This document shows positions 50,319 through 62,524 of a stretch of DNA of 64,000 nucleotides, piece by piece. This DNA is from Octopus vulgaris (Eukaryota). Below the pieces are notes generated by a model. That model worked only from the letters and a program-made list of their open reading frames with translations. It did not search any database and had not been told where the DNA came from. The DNA lies in the NCBI GenBank assembly GCA_951406725.2, contig OX597839.1, positions 13,702,001 to 13,766,000 on the forward strand. Reading direction: 5' to 3'. The first letter of the stretch is position 1. Each line of letters opens with the position of its first letter. Both the position numbers and the translations under genes were made by a program.

Positions 50319-50895
50319 GTATTATGTATATATGTATGTATTATGTATGCATGCATATATGTATGTGTGTATATGTATGGATTCTTGTGTGTATGTATGC
50401 ATGCATGCATGCATGTATGTATGTATGCGTGCAAGTATGTATGTATGTATGTATGTATGTATGCATGCATGCATGCATGCATGTATGTGTGTATGTATGT
50501 ATATATGTATGTGTGTATGCATGCATGCATGTATGTATGTATGTGTGTATGTATACATGCTTGTGTGTATGTGTGTATGTATGTGTGTATGTATGCGTGC
50601 GTATATGTGTGTATATATATTTGTATGTATGTATCTATGTACGTGAATGTACGTCTATGTGGATAGATATACGTATATGTCTGTGTGCACTTATGCAAGC
50701 ATGTATGCGTATGTGCCTACTTGTATGTGTATGTCACACACAAAGTACTTTTGTATGTGACAAAAGTATTACACACATGTAACACTTAAATGCCACTTAG
50801 GCAACACTAATGAAGCACTAATGTAGCACTAATGTAGCGCTAAACTTACTAATGCATGTGTACATAGCGAGTGTGTGGGTGGTTATGATAAGTAC

Positions 50896-50941
<46 letters not shown>

Positions 50942-51225
50942 ATACACACACACATATACATATGTTTATATAATATGTGTGTGTGGGTGTGTGTGTATGT
51001 TTGTGTGTTTGTATGTGATACACCGCAATATATTGTCAACGAGTCGTTAGCCAAGTGTGAAATTCGCTTTTTACACTTGACTGCGTCTTTCTGACTCGCT
51101 ACAATACGCGCGCGCGCACTCACACACAAGCACTCACACACAAGCACACACACAACTCCCTGGCACGCACACACCCATATACACATAAACATACACATGC
51201 GCATATATGTACCTGACTATATATG

Positions 51226-51270
<45 letters not shown>

Positions 51271-51512
51271 TCCATCTATATGGAATACATACATATTCTG
51301 TCAAATATTCTGTATGTGTATAAGTAGTTATTTCTACAGGGTTTCATCACATGTCCATCTATATACACATATATACATATACATACATGCATACATATAT
51401 ATATATATAAAATTATGTAAATCTACGCATTTCCGAGAGTGGTCTTTTTTCTATCAAACTCAATACAAAATTTTGGTGATGCTTTTCATATATATAAACG
51501 TTTCAATTTTGA

Positions 51513-51603
51513 AACTCTGACGACGCTATAAAGTGATACACAAGCACTCAACTGTAAGTGCATTGTGTCTTATAGCAGAAACCGCTGAAAGCCGATGAAG
51601 TTC
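51513..51603 (+). ncRNA. Degenerate type-I hammerhead motif
   Basis: aact-CTGACGA-cgctataa..ttatagca-GAAA-ccgctgaaagccgatg-aagtt; the cleavage triplet is not canonical. Confidence 0.55.
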
Positions 51604-51641
51604 ATTACATAATTTCTTGTTCTCTTGCCATTTGTATAATA

Positions 51642-51900
51642 CTAGCAGCTAAGCCCGGTTTCACCCGGTCTGTTTCGATGATTAGCTGTGATTAGGCATA
51701 ATCTATAACAGCGTCTCTCGACCTTATCATTTCGAGTGCCCTGTTTCGATTGGAGCCTCCAGCTGTATGAAAATTTCCTGACTCCCTTCCCATCAGAAAA
51801 CAGCTTCAGGAGTTGTGAAGAACCAATTTGTACGTTGTCTGTTTCCGAGAGTTATTCTATTGGACCTCTGTCTAATCATTAAAACATTGATTTAATTATG
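51642..51900 (-). mobile_element. Helitron 3' end (other family; extent uncertain)
   Basis: 'a|ctagcagctaagcccggtttcacccggtc', i.e. CTAG terminus plus hairpin on the minus strand. Confidence 0.55.
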
Positions 51901-52727
51901 AACATAGAAAGAAATTATACATTAATCCCTATTTTTGTAAGCAGTTGTGTCCGTAAAAATTTTATTTGCAGAGAGCAGAAATTGAAAGAAGATATATGAA
52001 ATGAACGTGTGTGCGTACTTTTACGATAATTCATTTATGGAAAAGATTATGTTAAATTTTTGAAATGTAAATATGTGAATGAAAATTAAATTCAGACCTC
52101 TACATGGTAACTAGACCTGGTAAAAATAGCATAAAAATCTCCTTCAAAGCACCCTACTGTCTTAATCCGACAATTCTGCGTATTATGTAGTTTGAATGAG
52201 AAAATGAGAAACTGTAACAAAAGATTAAGATTATTAACCCCACAAAGAGGGGAAAGAAGAGAGACAGCATAGCAACAATTTTCGCTAGCGAAAATTGTTG
52301 CTAGCGAAATGGTATATGCCATTAAAACAACGGCTCAGTAAAAGGTAACCGATAGAATAAGTACCAGGCTTACAAAGAATAAGTCCTGGTGTCGATTTCT
52401 TCGACTAAAAGGCGGTGCTCCAGCATGCCCGGAATCAAATTGACTGAGGCAAGCAATAAGAATAAACAAGAAAGCTAAGTAGCCTAAGAAGGAAGAACAA
52501 GATGTCCAGTTTTGCAATGAGGTGGGCGTCATTATGGAATTCGGTTCTCCTAAAAAGATGTCTAAGCAAAGACTCCCAGCTGTTGGATGACCGTTCATTT
52601 GTCTGAGTTTTATTAGTCCTTTGACAAGGTTTGTGTTTCGTCTTGCAGGGTGTCCAACGAAAACCATCTTCTTTAGTAAAAAGGCTTGGTAGGGTTGCCG
52701 ATTTAGTTGCCGGTGGACTGATAATTT

Positions 52728-52853
52728 CATTATCATCATCATCATAGTTCGACCGTGGTCGAGACAATGGAATTTACTATGCTACGCCAGACTTCACGGT
52801 CCATCATAGCATTACGGAGGTCCTGTTGCTGGATGCCTGTATCCCTGGATTAT
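52728..52853 (-). mobile_element. RTE-clade LINE 3' end with (GAT)n tail
   Basis: Minus strand SRDTGIQQQDLRNAMMDREVWRSIVNSIVSTTVEL* then tgatgatgat. Confidence 0.75.
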
Positions 52854-53159
52854 TTCATACGCGCACACACACACACACACACACACAAAGAGAGAGAGAG
52901 AAATGGAGATAGAGAGAGAGAAATGGAGATAGAGAGAGAGAAAGACAGAGAGAGAAAGAGAGAGAGAGAGACTTTGTTTCTCGTCTTGTAGAGTGTCCAA
53001 CGAAAAACACCTACTTCAGGGCTAGTCGGCGACAGACCGACTATTTCACACACACACACATACAAACCCGCATGCATACTTACACGAACATATATACGCA
53101 GAAGCACACACACACACACACACGCATCTTATACTGAAGCCGAATGCAATTCTTCTACC

Positions 53160-53221
<62 letters not shown>

Positions 53222-53460
53222 CACTAATCAGATGGTAATTCTTCGAAGGTCACCGATAAAACAGAACATTTGATGCTTTCCCCGCAAAATTAACAGCTCT
53301 AACCTCACTCCTCCAGATTCCCGAAGCCATAAATCTCAACGACACCATTATACAGCATAATAACCATCTCACAATCAACATAATTAACAACACGGGGATA
53401 ATGAGTGGTTGAAGACGATGAAGCGCCATTGAGAATCTGTTATATTACTTAGAATAATAA

Positions 53461-54304
53461 GGCGGCGAGCTGGCAGAAACGTTAGCACGCCGGGCGAAAT
53501 GCTTAGCAGTATTTCGTCTGCCGCTACGTTCTGAGTTCAAATTCCGCCGAGGTTGATTTTGCCTTTCATCCTTTCGGGGTCAATTAAATAAGTACCAGTT
53601 ACGCACTGGGGTCGATATAATCGACTTAATCCGTTTGTCTGTCTTTGTTTGCCCTCTCTGTGTTTAGCTATTTGTGGGTAGTAAAGAAATAGGTATTTCG
53701 TCTGTCTTTACGTTCTGAGTTCAAATTTCGCTAAGGTCGATTTTGCTTTTCATCCTTTCAGGGTAGATAAATTAAGTACCAGTTGTGTACTGGAGTCGAT
53801 CTGATCGATTGACCCTCTCCCGCAAAATTTCGGACCTTGTGCCTAGTGTAGAAAGCAATATATAATAGCACACTCAAGGCGGCGAGCTGGCAGAAACGTT
53901 AGCACGCCGGGCGAAATGCTTAGCGGTATTTCGTCTGCCGCTACGTTCCGAGTTCAAATTCCGCCGAGGTCAACTTTGCCTTTCATCCTATCGGGGTCGT
54001 TAAATTAAGTACCAGTAACGCACTGGGGTCGATATAATCGATTTAATCCGTTTGTCTGTCCTTGTTTGTTCTCTCTGTGTTTAACCCCTTGTGGGCAATG
54101 AAGAAATAAGAAACGTTAGTACGCCGGGCGAAATGCTTAGCAGTATTTCGACTGTCTTTACGTTCAGAGTTCAAATTCCGCCGAGGTTGATTTTATCTTT
54201 CATCCTTTCGGGGTCGATAAATTAAGTACCAGTTGCGTACTGGGGTCGATCTAATCGATTGGCCCCTTCTCCCAAAATTTCGGGCCTGTGTCTAGAATAG
54301 AAAA
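53461..54304 (+). mobile_element. SINE family C array: two (tail1+tail2) dimers
   Basis: Heads at 53461 and 53878; rejoin points 'aaagaaat-aggtatttcg' (~53691) and 'aagaaat-aagaaacgttag' (~54108). Confidence 0.9.
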
Positions 54305-54380
54305 GTACAAACGCACAAACAATGTCATATATATATATATATATATATATATCTTGTCCCAGTTTGTATTTTTTTACTTT

Positions 54381-54429
<49 letters not shown>

Positions 54430-54432
<3 letters not shown>

Positions 54433-54878
54433 TTGGGAGAATTTACGAAAAAAAAAACAAAAGACGAAGAGGTAGGTAGTGTACAAAACAAACAGATGTA
54501 TTAGTATAACGCTCAGGAATAGAAAAAGTCTTTTATGTTTCGAGCCTACGCTCTTCTACAGAAAGGGACACAGAAAAAATAAGGAGTGAAAAAAATGTGT
54601 GTAGTGACAAACGATCTATCATGGCGACTGCCAGACAGAAGGATCACACACGAGAGGGAAGAAGTAGGGGAGATAACAAAGTAAAGATGACCCCCCAACA
54701 CGAAGGTTCGTGCGTGTATAAGAGAGTATGTATGTGCGTGTGAAAGAGGGCTGGTGGTCTGGACCAGTGCGTGTATGTGTAGGTGTGAAAATGTGGGGAT
54801 GGGAATTGGGCAGTGCTGGTGTGTGGGTGGTGTGTTGTGATGTTGTTCGGAGGTTGGGGAGGCGAGAGTGGGGAAAGC
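54430..54878 (-). mobile_element. Penelope-like 3' terminal region
   Basis: C/A-rich UTR, hammerhead motif, terminus into (TA)n; homologous to the 19815 and 61519 cassettes. Confidence 0.65.
54530..54565 (-). ncRNA. Minimal hammerhead-like motif, CUGUAGA core
   Basis: cttt-CTGTAGA-a-gagc gtag gctc-GAAA-cat-a-aaag. Confidence 0.6.
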
Positions 54879-54892
54879 AATACATACATACA

Positions 54893-54997
<105 letters not shown>

Positions 54998-55503
54998 ATA
55001 CGCGCGTGGCATAGTGCTTAAGGCATAACACTCACGATCGTTATATAATGGGTTCGATCCCCGGACCGGGTGGCAGATTGTTTTTGTTGAAAAAAACCCC
55101 TCCATTTCACGTGGTTCCAGTCCACTCACCTATAAAAAAAAAGTGTCTTCTACTATTGCCTCGGGCTGACCAAAGCCTTGTGAGTAAATTTAGTAGATGG
55201 AAACTGAAAGAAGCCCGTCATGTATGTATACATATGTATTGTATAGATATGTATGTGTGTGCGTGTGTGTGTGTGTGTGTGCCTTTGAGTCTGTGTTTGT
55301 CCTCCACCACCGCTTGATAATCGGCGTTGGGGTGTTTATCTTAGCGGTTCGGCAAAAGAGATCGACAGATTAAATATTAGGCTGAAAAAAATTACTGGGG
55401 TTGATTCATTCGACGGAAAATTCTTGAAAGCGGTGCTCTAGCATGGCCACAGTCTAATGGCCAAAACATGTAAAAGATAAAAGATAAACGAAATATTTAC
55501 ACA

Positions 55504-55542
<39 letters not shown>

Positions 55543-55880
55543 TATAGCCAAATGGAGACAATCCCCTGTTGTTGACATAGAGTAACGAAGTTCTTTCTTC
55601 CTCCATTTTCTAGAGTGGCTACTTGCTACAGAGGTCATTTGCTAACACGTTTTAGGGTCTGATGATACGCTGTAGAGTTAAGCGATTTATGGACTTGAAT
55701 CATAGGGTAATCCCTATAGATCGGCCTTATCTATCGTTACACACACACACACATATATATCTATACACACACACACATACACATACACACACAATGTTCA
55801 CATATGTTGGTGGCAGCCATTGAGTAAAGACACGCTAACTCAAGATTTTGCCTGTTCTTCGTTCAGGTCATATACTTTTC

Positions 55881-56325
55881 GGATCTTTTCGGTTTGAACG
55901 GCAGTTTTTTCTAGCGGTGTCATACGAAATTGTCACCCATAATTATGACCCCAGTATCGATCTATTGCATTTCAATCTGTTTTAGGGTTAGGGTTAGAGT
56001 TAGGGTTAGGGGTGGGGGGAAGGGTATCTTTTTTTCTCCACAAATGTAAATAAACCCAATCTGTTTCTTAAACGAGGGACATATTCATACAGCACAGAAT
56101 GTTGTTTTTTTTACCTCAATTGACGTCATTGATTGGTTGAAATTGCAGAAATTGAAGAAAAAAAACAACAAAAATCTTACAAACCATAGAATTTTCTCAA
56201 GCCAAGAGAAAGAGAAAGCCAAGAGAAAAAGATGTTTTATAAACACATTCTACCAGTATACGAAGTTTAAAGTTTTTTAGTTACCTAGAAATTATGTTAA
56301 AAACTGCCGTTCAAACCGAAAAGAT
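55881..56325 (+). mobile_element. Telomeric-repeat MITE
   Basis: Same TIRs; 5 TTAGGG-like units. Confidence 0.9.
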
Positions 56326-56722
56326 ACTTTTCTTCTTACACCGAAAATCTTAACAAAAGAAGAGCTATAGTTCCATGTGGTAGTCCTCACCGAAATTCAC
56401 TGACCTAACCCGCCTCACTGCCCCTTACTGTCCAACACCAGCCCCCACTGCTACCAACACCGCTACAAAAACACTAGGCAGGTAATAAAATTTACAACAG
56501 GACAACATGACAGCACTTGTCACTTATTATTGCACTCGAGGAGATACTTCAAGACGTTGGTAAGAGGAAAACACCTCGTCCTTGTTCACAAAAATGTTTC
56601 TTTAACCTGGACACGAGGACATAAATTACGTTGTATAAGTAGGGCAGAAGTGTATGTAGGGGGCGTACGTTCTGGTATGCTAGGTGAGCGCTGTCCACCC
56701 AGTAAAGCCAGAATATTTTCAG

Positions 56723-56792
<70 letters not shown>

Positions 56793-56796
56793 GAAA

Positions 56797-56854
<58 letters not shown>
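56723..56854. repeat. (TAA)n microsatellite
   Basis: Directly visible. Confidence 0.95.
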
Positions 56855-56855
<1 letters not shown>

Positions 56856-57336
56856 GTCCTGATGCAGTACCAGGCAGTGGCTCTCATGGATTCTGATCTT
56901 AACTGATTGGAAGTGTTATCATGTACATTGTTTTGTCTTGGTATAAAAGATGGGCTACAGCAAATATTCTGCTCAATACCACATATTTGCATGTCAGTTG
57001 TTTGACCTTAACTAGTTGAGCATGTCCCTTAGTGGCTGACGATATGTGCATCTTTGATCATGAGCAGAAGTAGTTGGGAAGCATCATAACCATGTGGTTT
57101 GAATAATTCACCTCTGGAAACATGGGTGTTTCGTTCAACATCCATAAAAAATCCTTATTCAGGGACTTTTTGAGCGGGATGGGCTACTCGACCAGAAGAA
57201 AATTCTAACTGGGCCCCACCTGCAAGGTCATGCGCTGTTTATCTTGATATGAGATCCCCATGTAGCGTACATATGGTTGTGATGCATGTACCTGGTGTAC
57301 CCTTATCAGACAAATATGCACAACAAATATATAAAC

Positions 57337-57394
<58 letters not shown>

Positions 57395-57545
57395 ACAATG
57401 ATACATTGACACGCGCATGCGTGCAATCATAGTAGATCAGACATAATGGTTACGGGGCAGAGGAAAAAAAATAAACACACTAGTTGAAATTAGTTGCTGA
57501 GAAAGAAAATCTATACCCGATTGATAAGAAATCCTCTACTTAGAC

Positions 57546-57675
57546 CAGTTATGGGCAAACTGCGGCCCGCGGGACTTTCTGAATGGCATACCTCACGGAA
57601 AACTACCGTAATTTTTTTACGTAGTGCAGCCCGCCTGATGATGAACCATGTATCGTGCGGCCCGCTCCTCAAAAA
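57546..57675. mobile_element. hAT-like MITE fragment
   Basis: 'cagttatgggcaaactgcggcccgcggg' terminus with repeated gcggcccgc subterminal motifs. Confidence 0.55.
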
Positions 57676-57860
57676 TGGACTATAGGTTTAGATTTCTACC
57701 AGTAATTATCGAGGTATTCGGCTACGTGACTAACTGCCTGAACAGCAATTCTGAGAATCTGAGTTTAACAGAACGAGAAAGAAGACACCTAATGAAGAGA
57801 CTACAGCTAAAAGCTATCAGAGGCATTGTCCAACTATGCTAAGCATTCAAAGTCTAGCAT
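57676..57860 (+). pseudogene. C-terminal remnant of an RLE-type (R4/Dong-like) non-LTR element
   Basis: DYRFRFLPVIIEVFGYVTNCL..LMKRLQLKAIRGIVQLC*AF resembles 'IPIIIGALG.V...L..LQ..AI.GT..I.K.F'. Confidence 0.55.
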
Positions 57861-58159
57861 GAGATAAGTGCATATATACTGTATATACACACGCATAAGC
57901 ATGCAAACATATTTTTGTGCACATACCTCAGTGGAAATATACGGTTTCATATTTACAATAGCAATCTACTTGTACTCACGTATGCGTACACATGTACATA
58001 TATTTATTCATACAATCTTAGTTAGTTACGTGTACATACGCACACGTGTTCAAGCATACATGCATACATACGTACGTACATACATACATACGTACATACG
58101 TACATACATACATACATACATACATACATACATACATACATACATACATACATACATAC

Positions 58160-58657
58160 ATGGTGGCTGCCCCCTCGTTATCGAGTATGGCCATTGCACG
58201 AAGCTTAATCAATGTTGTTATCGTGCAATGCCTGTGCAAAAGATTTTTTTTAAAGAGAGGAAAGACTGTGCATTGAGTTAATCCCACTCACTAAGCAACA
58301 GCGGCCATAATCCGCAAAGAAGAACAAGTCAACATCATCGGTAACCACTGAGCCGCAGGTTTTATGCCGGAGTTATCCCAGTTACATGAGTTACCTTCTC
58401 CTAGAAGGATGCCCTAACAAAGGCTAGGAGTCCTTCACTCCCAATGGTTTAACCGCGCGATCGGGTATTCAGTCCGATTATTTCTATGTCTCCACGCATG
58501 ATACAGTCTTAAGACATTTATTAGATGGCCGTTGACTCTCAAGAGTTCCTCCGCCCTTTGACGGGTTTTGTTTTTCATCCCGCAGGGTGTCCAATAAACA
58601 CCCTCCTCACCAAGCAAGCTTGGTGGGGTTGCCGGTTTAGTCGCCGACAACCCGATC
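58160..58657 (-). mobile_element. Non-autonomous RTE-like element (structured 5' UTR plus (TATG)n tail)
   Basis: 'gggcatccttctaggagaaggtaactc' RTE-UTR-like motif; multi-hairpin 5' end; diverged copies at 52535-52718 and 52972-53040. Confidence 0.55.
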
Positions 58658-58717
58658 GTACATACATACATACATACATACATACATACATACATACATA
58701 CATACATACATACATAC

Positions 58718-59075
58718 ATCCAAAGGTACGGATTAATTTTGCTGACTTCCGTTACCTACATTGGCGCTATCGATGAGAGGCTGTATACCTTGGAGACCTG
58801 CTGTGGATGGTGGGTACGGACCGGCTCGAGAGCTACGGATTGTTACGGACCCGGATTTTTCAGGGTCGCCGAGAGCGCACCGGACGCCGCCCGAAACGCG
58901 GTTCTCTACAGGCACCATGTCCGTATCTCCGGACGAGCCGATTCCACGGACGCAGTCCTTTACGAAGAAGAGAGAACTCTTCCCGGGGCTCCAGGCAACG
59001 TCTCCGGGCTCACCTGCCTCGCCCGGCAGCCGGCTTCGACGACGAACGCGCTGCCAGGGCGGGCACTCTGGAGTT
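58718..59075 (-). pseudogene. Dispersed 28S rRNA fragment
   Basis: The + strand matches antisense LSU motifs 'tgctgacttcc.ttacctacatt', 'agaggctgt..accttggagacctgctg.ggat', 'caccggacgccgcc', 'aaga..agagaactct.cccgggg'. No other rDNA context. Confidence 0.92.
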
Positions 59076-59260
59076 TCAGCCGCCGGACGGGCACTCTGGA
59101 GCACCGCTATGTGGTAAGAAGCTTGTAATTTGGAGTACATATTGTAATATTCGTAGGGATTTCTTGTTCTTGGGTTGCAGGGAGATACCTTCGAGATAAG
59201 ATGTTATAAACTTCTTGTTATGCAATATCATGCATGCTTTATTCACGATATATATATATA

Positions 59261-59636
59261 CTAGCAGTATCGCCCGGCGTTGCTCAGGTTTGTAAGGGAA
59301 ATAACTATAAAGCATTTTTAGAGAGTTATAGCAAAAAAATGGAAAAAAAATGATGGTAAATTTTTTTTGAGAGTTAAAAAAGGTGGAGTTGCGTCCCCTA
59401 GACGGTCTGTGGTTTGGGTTTCTGATTCTCGACCCCATGTCGAATTTATCGATTTTTTCAGAACTGGGGGAACTTTTCAAAATTTTCGCTGCGTTAGTTT
59501 TGAATTATGACATTGGGCTATGTGTGTGTCAAGTTTCATCAGAATCGGTTGAAAGCCGTGGTCAGAGTGAGGGTACGAGAAAACAGACACACAGAAAACG
59601 CACAGACAAACTGCCGTTTATATATATATATATAGA
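59261..59636 (-). mobile_element. Non-autonomous Helitron
   Basis: TC..CTAG termini and hairpin; sister of 17075-17453. Confidence 0.85.
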
Positions 59637-59647
59637 TAGATAGATAA

Positions 59648-59705
<58 letters not shown>

Positions 59706-59729
59706 TGATAGATAGATAGATAGATAGGC

Positions 59730-59760
<31 letters not shown>

Positions 59761-60283
59761 TGCACATACATACATCCATGTTTGCATACATATTTACAAA
59801 CGTACGTACGTCTACATACACACGTACATACACACACATACATACGTGCATACACTCGTACATACATACATACACACACACACATACATACATTCACACA
59901 CCCACATAGAATTGACCTCCGCGTGGTAGGTATAAGAACTCAAAAGCTGCTCGGTGTTGCTGGAAATTCCAACAACACGGGAAAAAGTAAACAGGTTATA
60001 TTTCTCATTAAAGGAGGTGTACGACCGTGGCCTTTCATATCTGTGTTAATATCTATGTTAACATTACACAAGACTTTAATTGTAACAAAGAAGCTTACAT
60101 CTCCAACAGAAAAAAGGAAACGTCAACAAGTATTACGCTCACGTTTACGAACACGTAAATATTATTATTATTATGACAGCTAATAAAGTTGAAGTGAGAT
60201 ATGGAATTACTGCTGACAACGATCTCCCAGCATAAAACATTGGAAAATCCTACTCAACAAATTTTTTTTAAAAATAATAATAA

Positions 60284-60530
60284 TTAATTCGTTTATTGGC
60301 CACAAAGGACTAACAAAAATCAATTATAATATTTAGGGACAAAAGCAGGATGAAAGTTACAAAAGGTTTTGTCCGTTTAAAGAAAAATCTGTGTAAAAAA
60401 CAGTGTAACAACGAAAATATTTAACAATGAAAAACTCCCAACAAGGGTGGGGGGCGCTTCGAAAGGTTACTCGTGGAAAAACCTACAAAAGCCACGGGAG
60501 CCTTATCAAAAGGGTGGGTAGAGAGCCTCT
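60284..60530 (-). mobile_element. Possible 3' UTR of another Tx1-like LINE
   Basis: Minus-strand end 'gttagtcctttgtggccaataaacgaatt' resembles the Tx1/SINE-C tail. Confidence 0.4.
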
Positions 60531-61067
60531 TTCTCCTTTTATATTTACCTTCTAATTTTCACAGGTGCATCCTCAGAATTGGTCCGTTCATACTGCACTT
60601 CACAGAGAAAATTCTACGTGAAGGCGTAGATTTAACTTTGTGAGCAAGAAGTTGGATTCGTGATATGTAGCTTAATGTTCTAGCTGCACAGCAACGTGAG
60701 CAGATGGTGTTGGAGGGTTTATGTGTCATGTCATTTAGAAGGTGAACAAAAAGAGACTGTTAAAATGAGTACCAGACAAAAGATATATAACAGGGGTCTA
60801 TTCGGTTGACAACATCTTTCGAAATGTTGTCCCAGCATGTCCACACTTCAACGACTGATACATTTAAAAGAATTAAAGAAGCGAGTGCTTGAAACAAAAG
60901 GACGGAGATCGTAGCGGGAATAAAGCATGCATGATATTGCATAACAAGAAGTTTATAACATCTTATTTCGAAGGTATCTCCCTGCAACCCAAGAACAAGA
61001 AATCCCTACGAATATTACAATATTTACTCCAAATTACACAACATACACTTATTCTCTTGCTTTTTCA

Positions 61068-61275
61068 CCGGTTTCAGTCATTTGACAGCGGCCATGCTGG
61101 AGCACCACCTAGAAGAGTTTTAGTCGAAGAAATCGACCCCAGGACTTATTCTTTGTCAACTTAGTACTTATTTTATCGGTGTGTTTTGCCGAACCGCTGA
61201 ATTAGGGAAACATAAACACACCAGTCTCGGTTGTCAAGCAATAGCGGGGACCACACACAAACACAAAGACACACA
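61068..61275 (-). mobile_element. SINE family A, 3' half
   Basis: 'gtttcagtcatttgacagcggccatgctggagcacc..'. Confidence 0.8.
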
Positions 61276-61563
61276 TACATAAATATGACAGAAAGTTAAT
61301 CCAAACATGAAAACACAAAGAGAAAACACAACAACGCGAGGACATGGAACAAGTATAGTGTTATTGGACGCTCAGGAAAGAAGGAAAGATCCAAAGAAGG
61401 GAAGACGGAGGAAAAAATCGCCAACGGTACACACGCGGTCAAATATGTACATACATACATACATACATACATACATACATACATACATACATACATACAT
61501 ACACATATATATATATATGATTGATCGCTGGCCACTACACATTCTTTATTTTCTCTCCTTGTT

Positions 61564-61602
61564 TCTTTCTGTGGAAGAGCGTAGGGCTCGAAACGTTAAA
61601 GA
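61564..61602 (+). ncRNA. Minimal hammerhead-like motif, CUGUGGA core, in PLE-like cassette ~61519-61675
   Basis: tcttt-CTGTGGA-a-gagc gtagg gctc-GAAA-cgt-t-aaaga. Confidence 0.6.
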
Positions 61603-61690
61603 TTTGTGCACTTGCCGAGAGTTAAACTAATACATCTGTTTATTGTCTACACCACCTGTCTTCGTTTTTTGTTTTGCGCGCGTGTGTGTG

Positions 61691-61741
<51 letters not shown>

Positions 61742-61745
<4 letters not shown>

Positions 61746-61895
61746 CATAAGGGACTAAAGTCATCTGAATATGGCTAGGGACAGGGCAGAGTGGTGGGGT
61801 GTTACTGTTGCATTTAGCCCCAGGCGAACAGTAACACCCCCACCACCCTGCCCTGTCCCTAGCCATATTCAGATGGCTTTAGTCCCTTATGTTAT
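61742..61895. repeat. Near-perfect palindrome, ~68-bp arms, 17-nt loop
   Basis: 'ataacataagggactaaagtcatctgaatatggctagggacagggcag..gtgttactgtt' and its reverse complement. Confidence 0.95.
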
Positions 61896-61972
61896 GGAGC
61901 AGTTACTGTCTATATCTCATTTAGAGTATTATTATTGCTATATATATATATATATATATATATGCATGTATA

Positions 61973-62031
<59 letters not shown>

Positions 62032-62400
62032 TCTCTTATTATAAAAGGCAGATTTTATCTGCCTCCCTTTGTATCTTATAGAAATCTACAATATAGGATT
62101 TCTTCAATTACAATTTACCTAGCATTTTTAAGAGTAGAATGCATCGGGTCGTGCCAGGTCCACTTTTTAAAATTTCAACCCCAATTAAGCAAAATTTAGA
62201 GAAAACTCACATTGTGGTGTATGAGTCAAATGCTTCTCTTAGTGTGGGATACAGCACACGCAAACGTGTGGGATACAGCACACACAGTGTGCAACGAATA
62301 AAGTGAAAGTAATTCACTTTCTGTAGTGAGTGACTCTTTCACTCTACATTCCCACTTCCTCTTTACACACATAGACACGCAAATATATAAATAAAATTGT
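62032..62400 (+). mobile_element. Probable Helitron 5' end
   Basis: 'a|tctcttattataaaaggcaga' has the TC + AT-rich start seen in the other Helitrons; no matching 3' end seen. Confidence 0.4.
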
Positions 62401-62472
62401 AAGCTAACGTGTGTGTGTGCGTGTGTGAGTGTGTGTGTGTGTGTGTGTGCGTGTGTGTGTGTGTGAGGATGC

Positions 62473-62503
<31 letters not shown>

Positions 62504-62524
62504 TGTGCGTGAGTGTGTGACAGG

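Larger units (their letters stand above)
59124..61038. repeat. ~123-bp near-identical inverted repeats (59124-59246 / 60916-61038) with TGT..ACA outer ends
   Basis: 'tgtaatttggagta.atattgtaatattcgtagggatttc..catgctttattc' and its reverse complement 1.7 kb away. Confidence 0.88.

Noticed and set aside
56855-57310. Probable retroelement UTR next to (TAA)n
   Set aside because: Single copy in the window with no coding motif, so it could not be classified from this sequence alone.
58718-59075. Functional rDNA unit or the overlapping GC-rich ORFs
   Set aside because: Only ~360 nt of 28S, bounded by repeats. The ORFs are incidental to GC-rich rRNA sequence.
60565-60696. Coding exon between a strong acceptor and gtgagc donor
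   Set aside because: Stops in all three frames; at most a non-coding or terminal exon.
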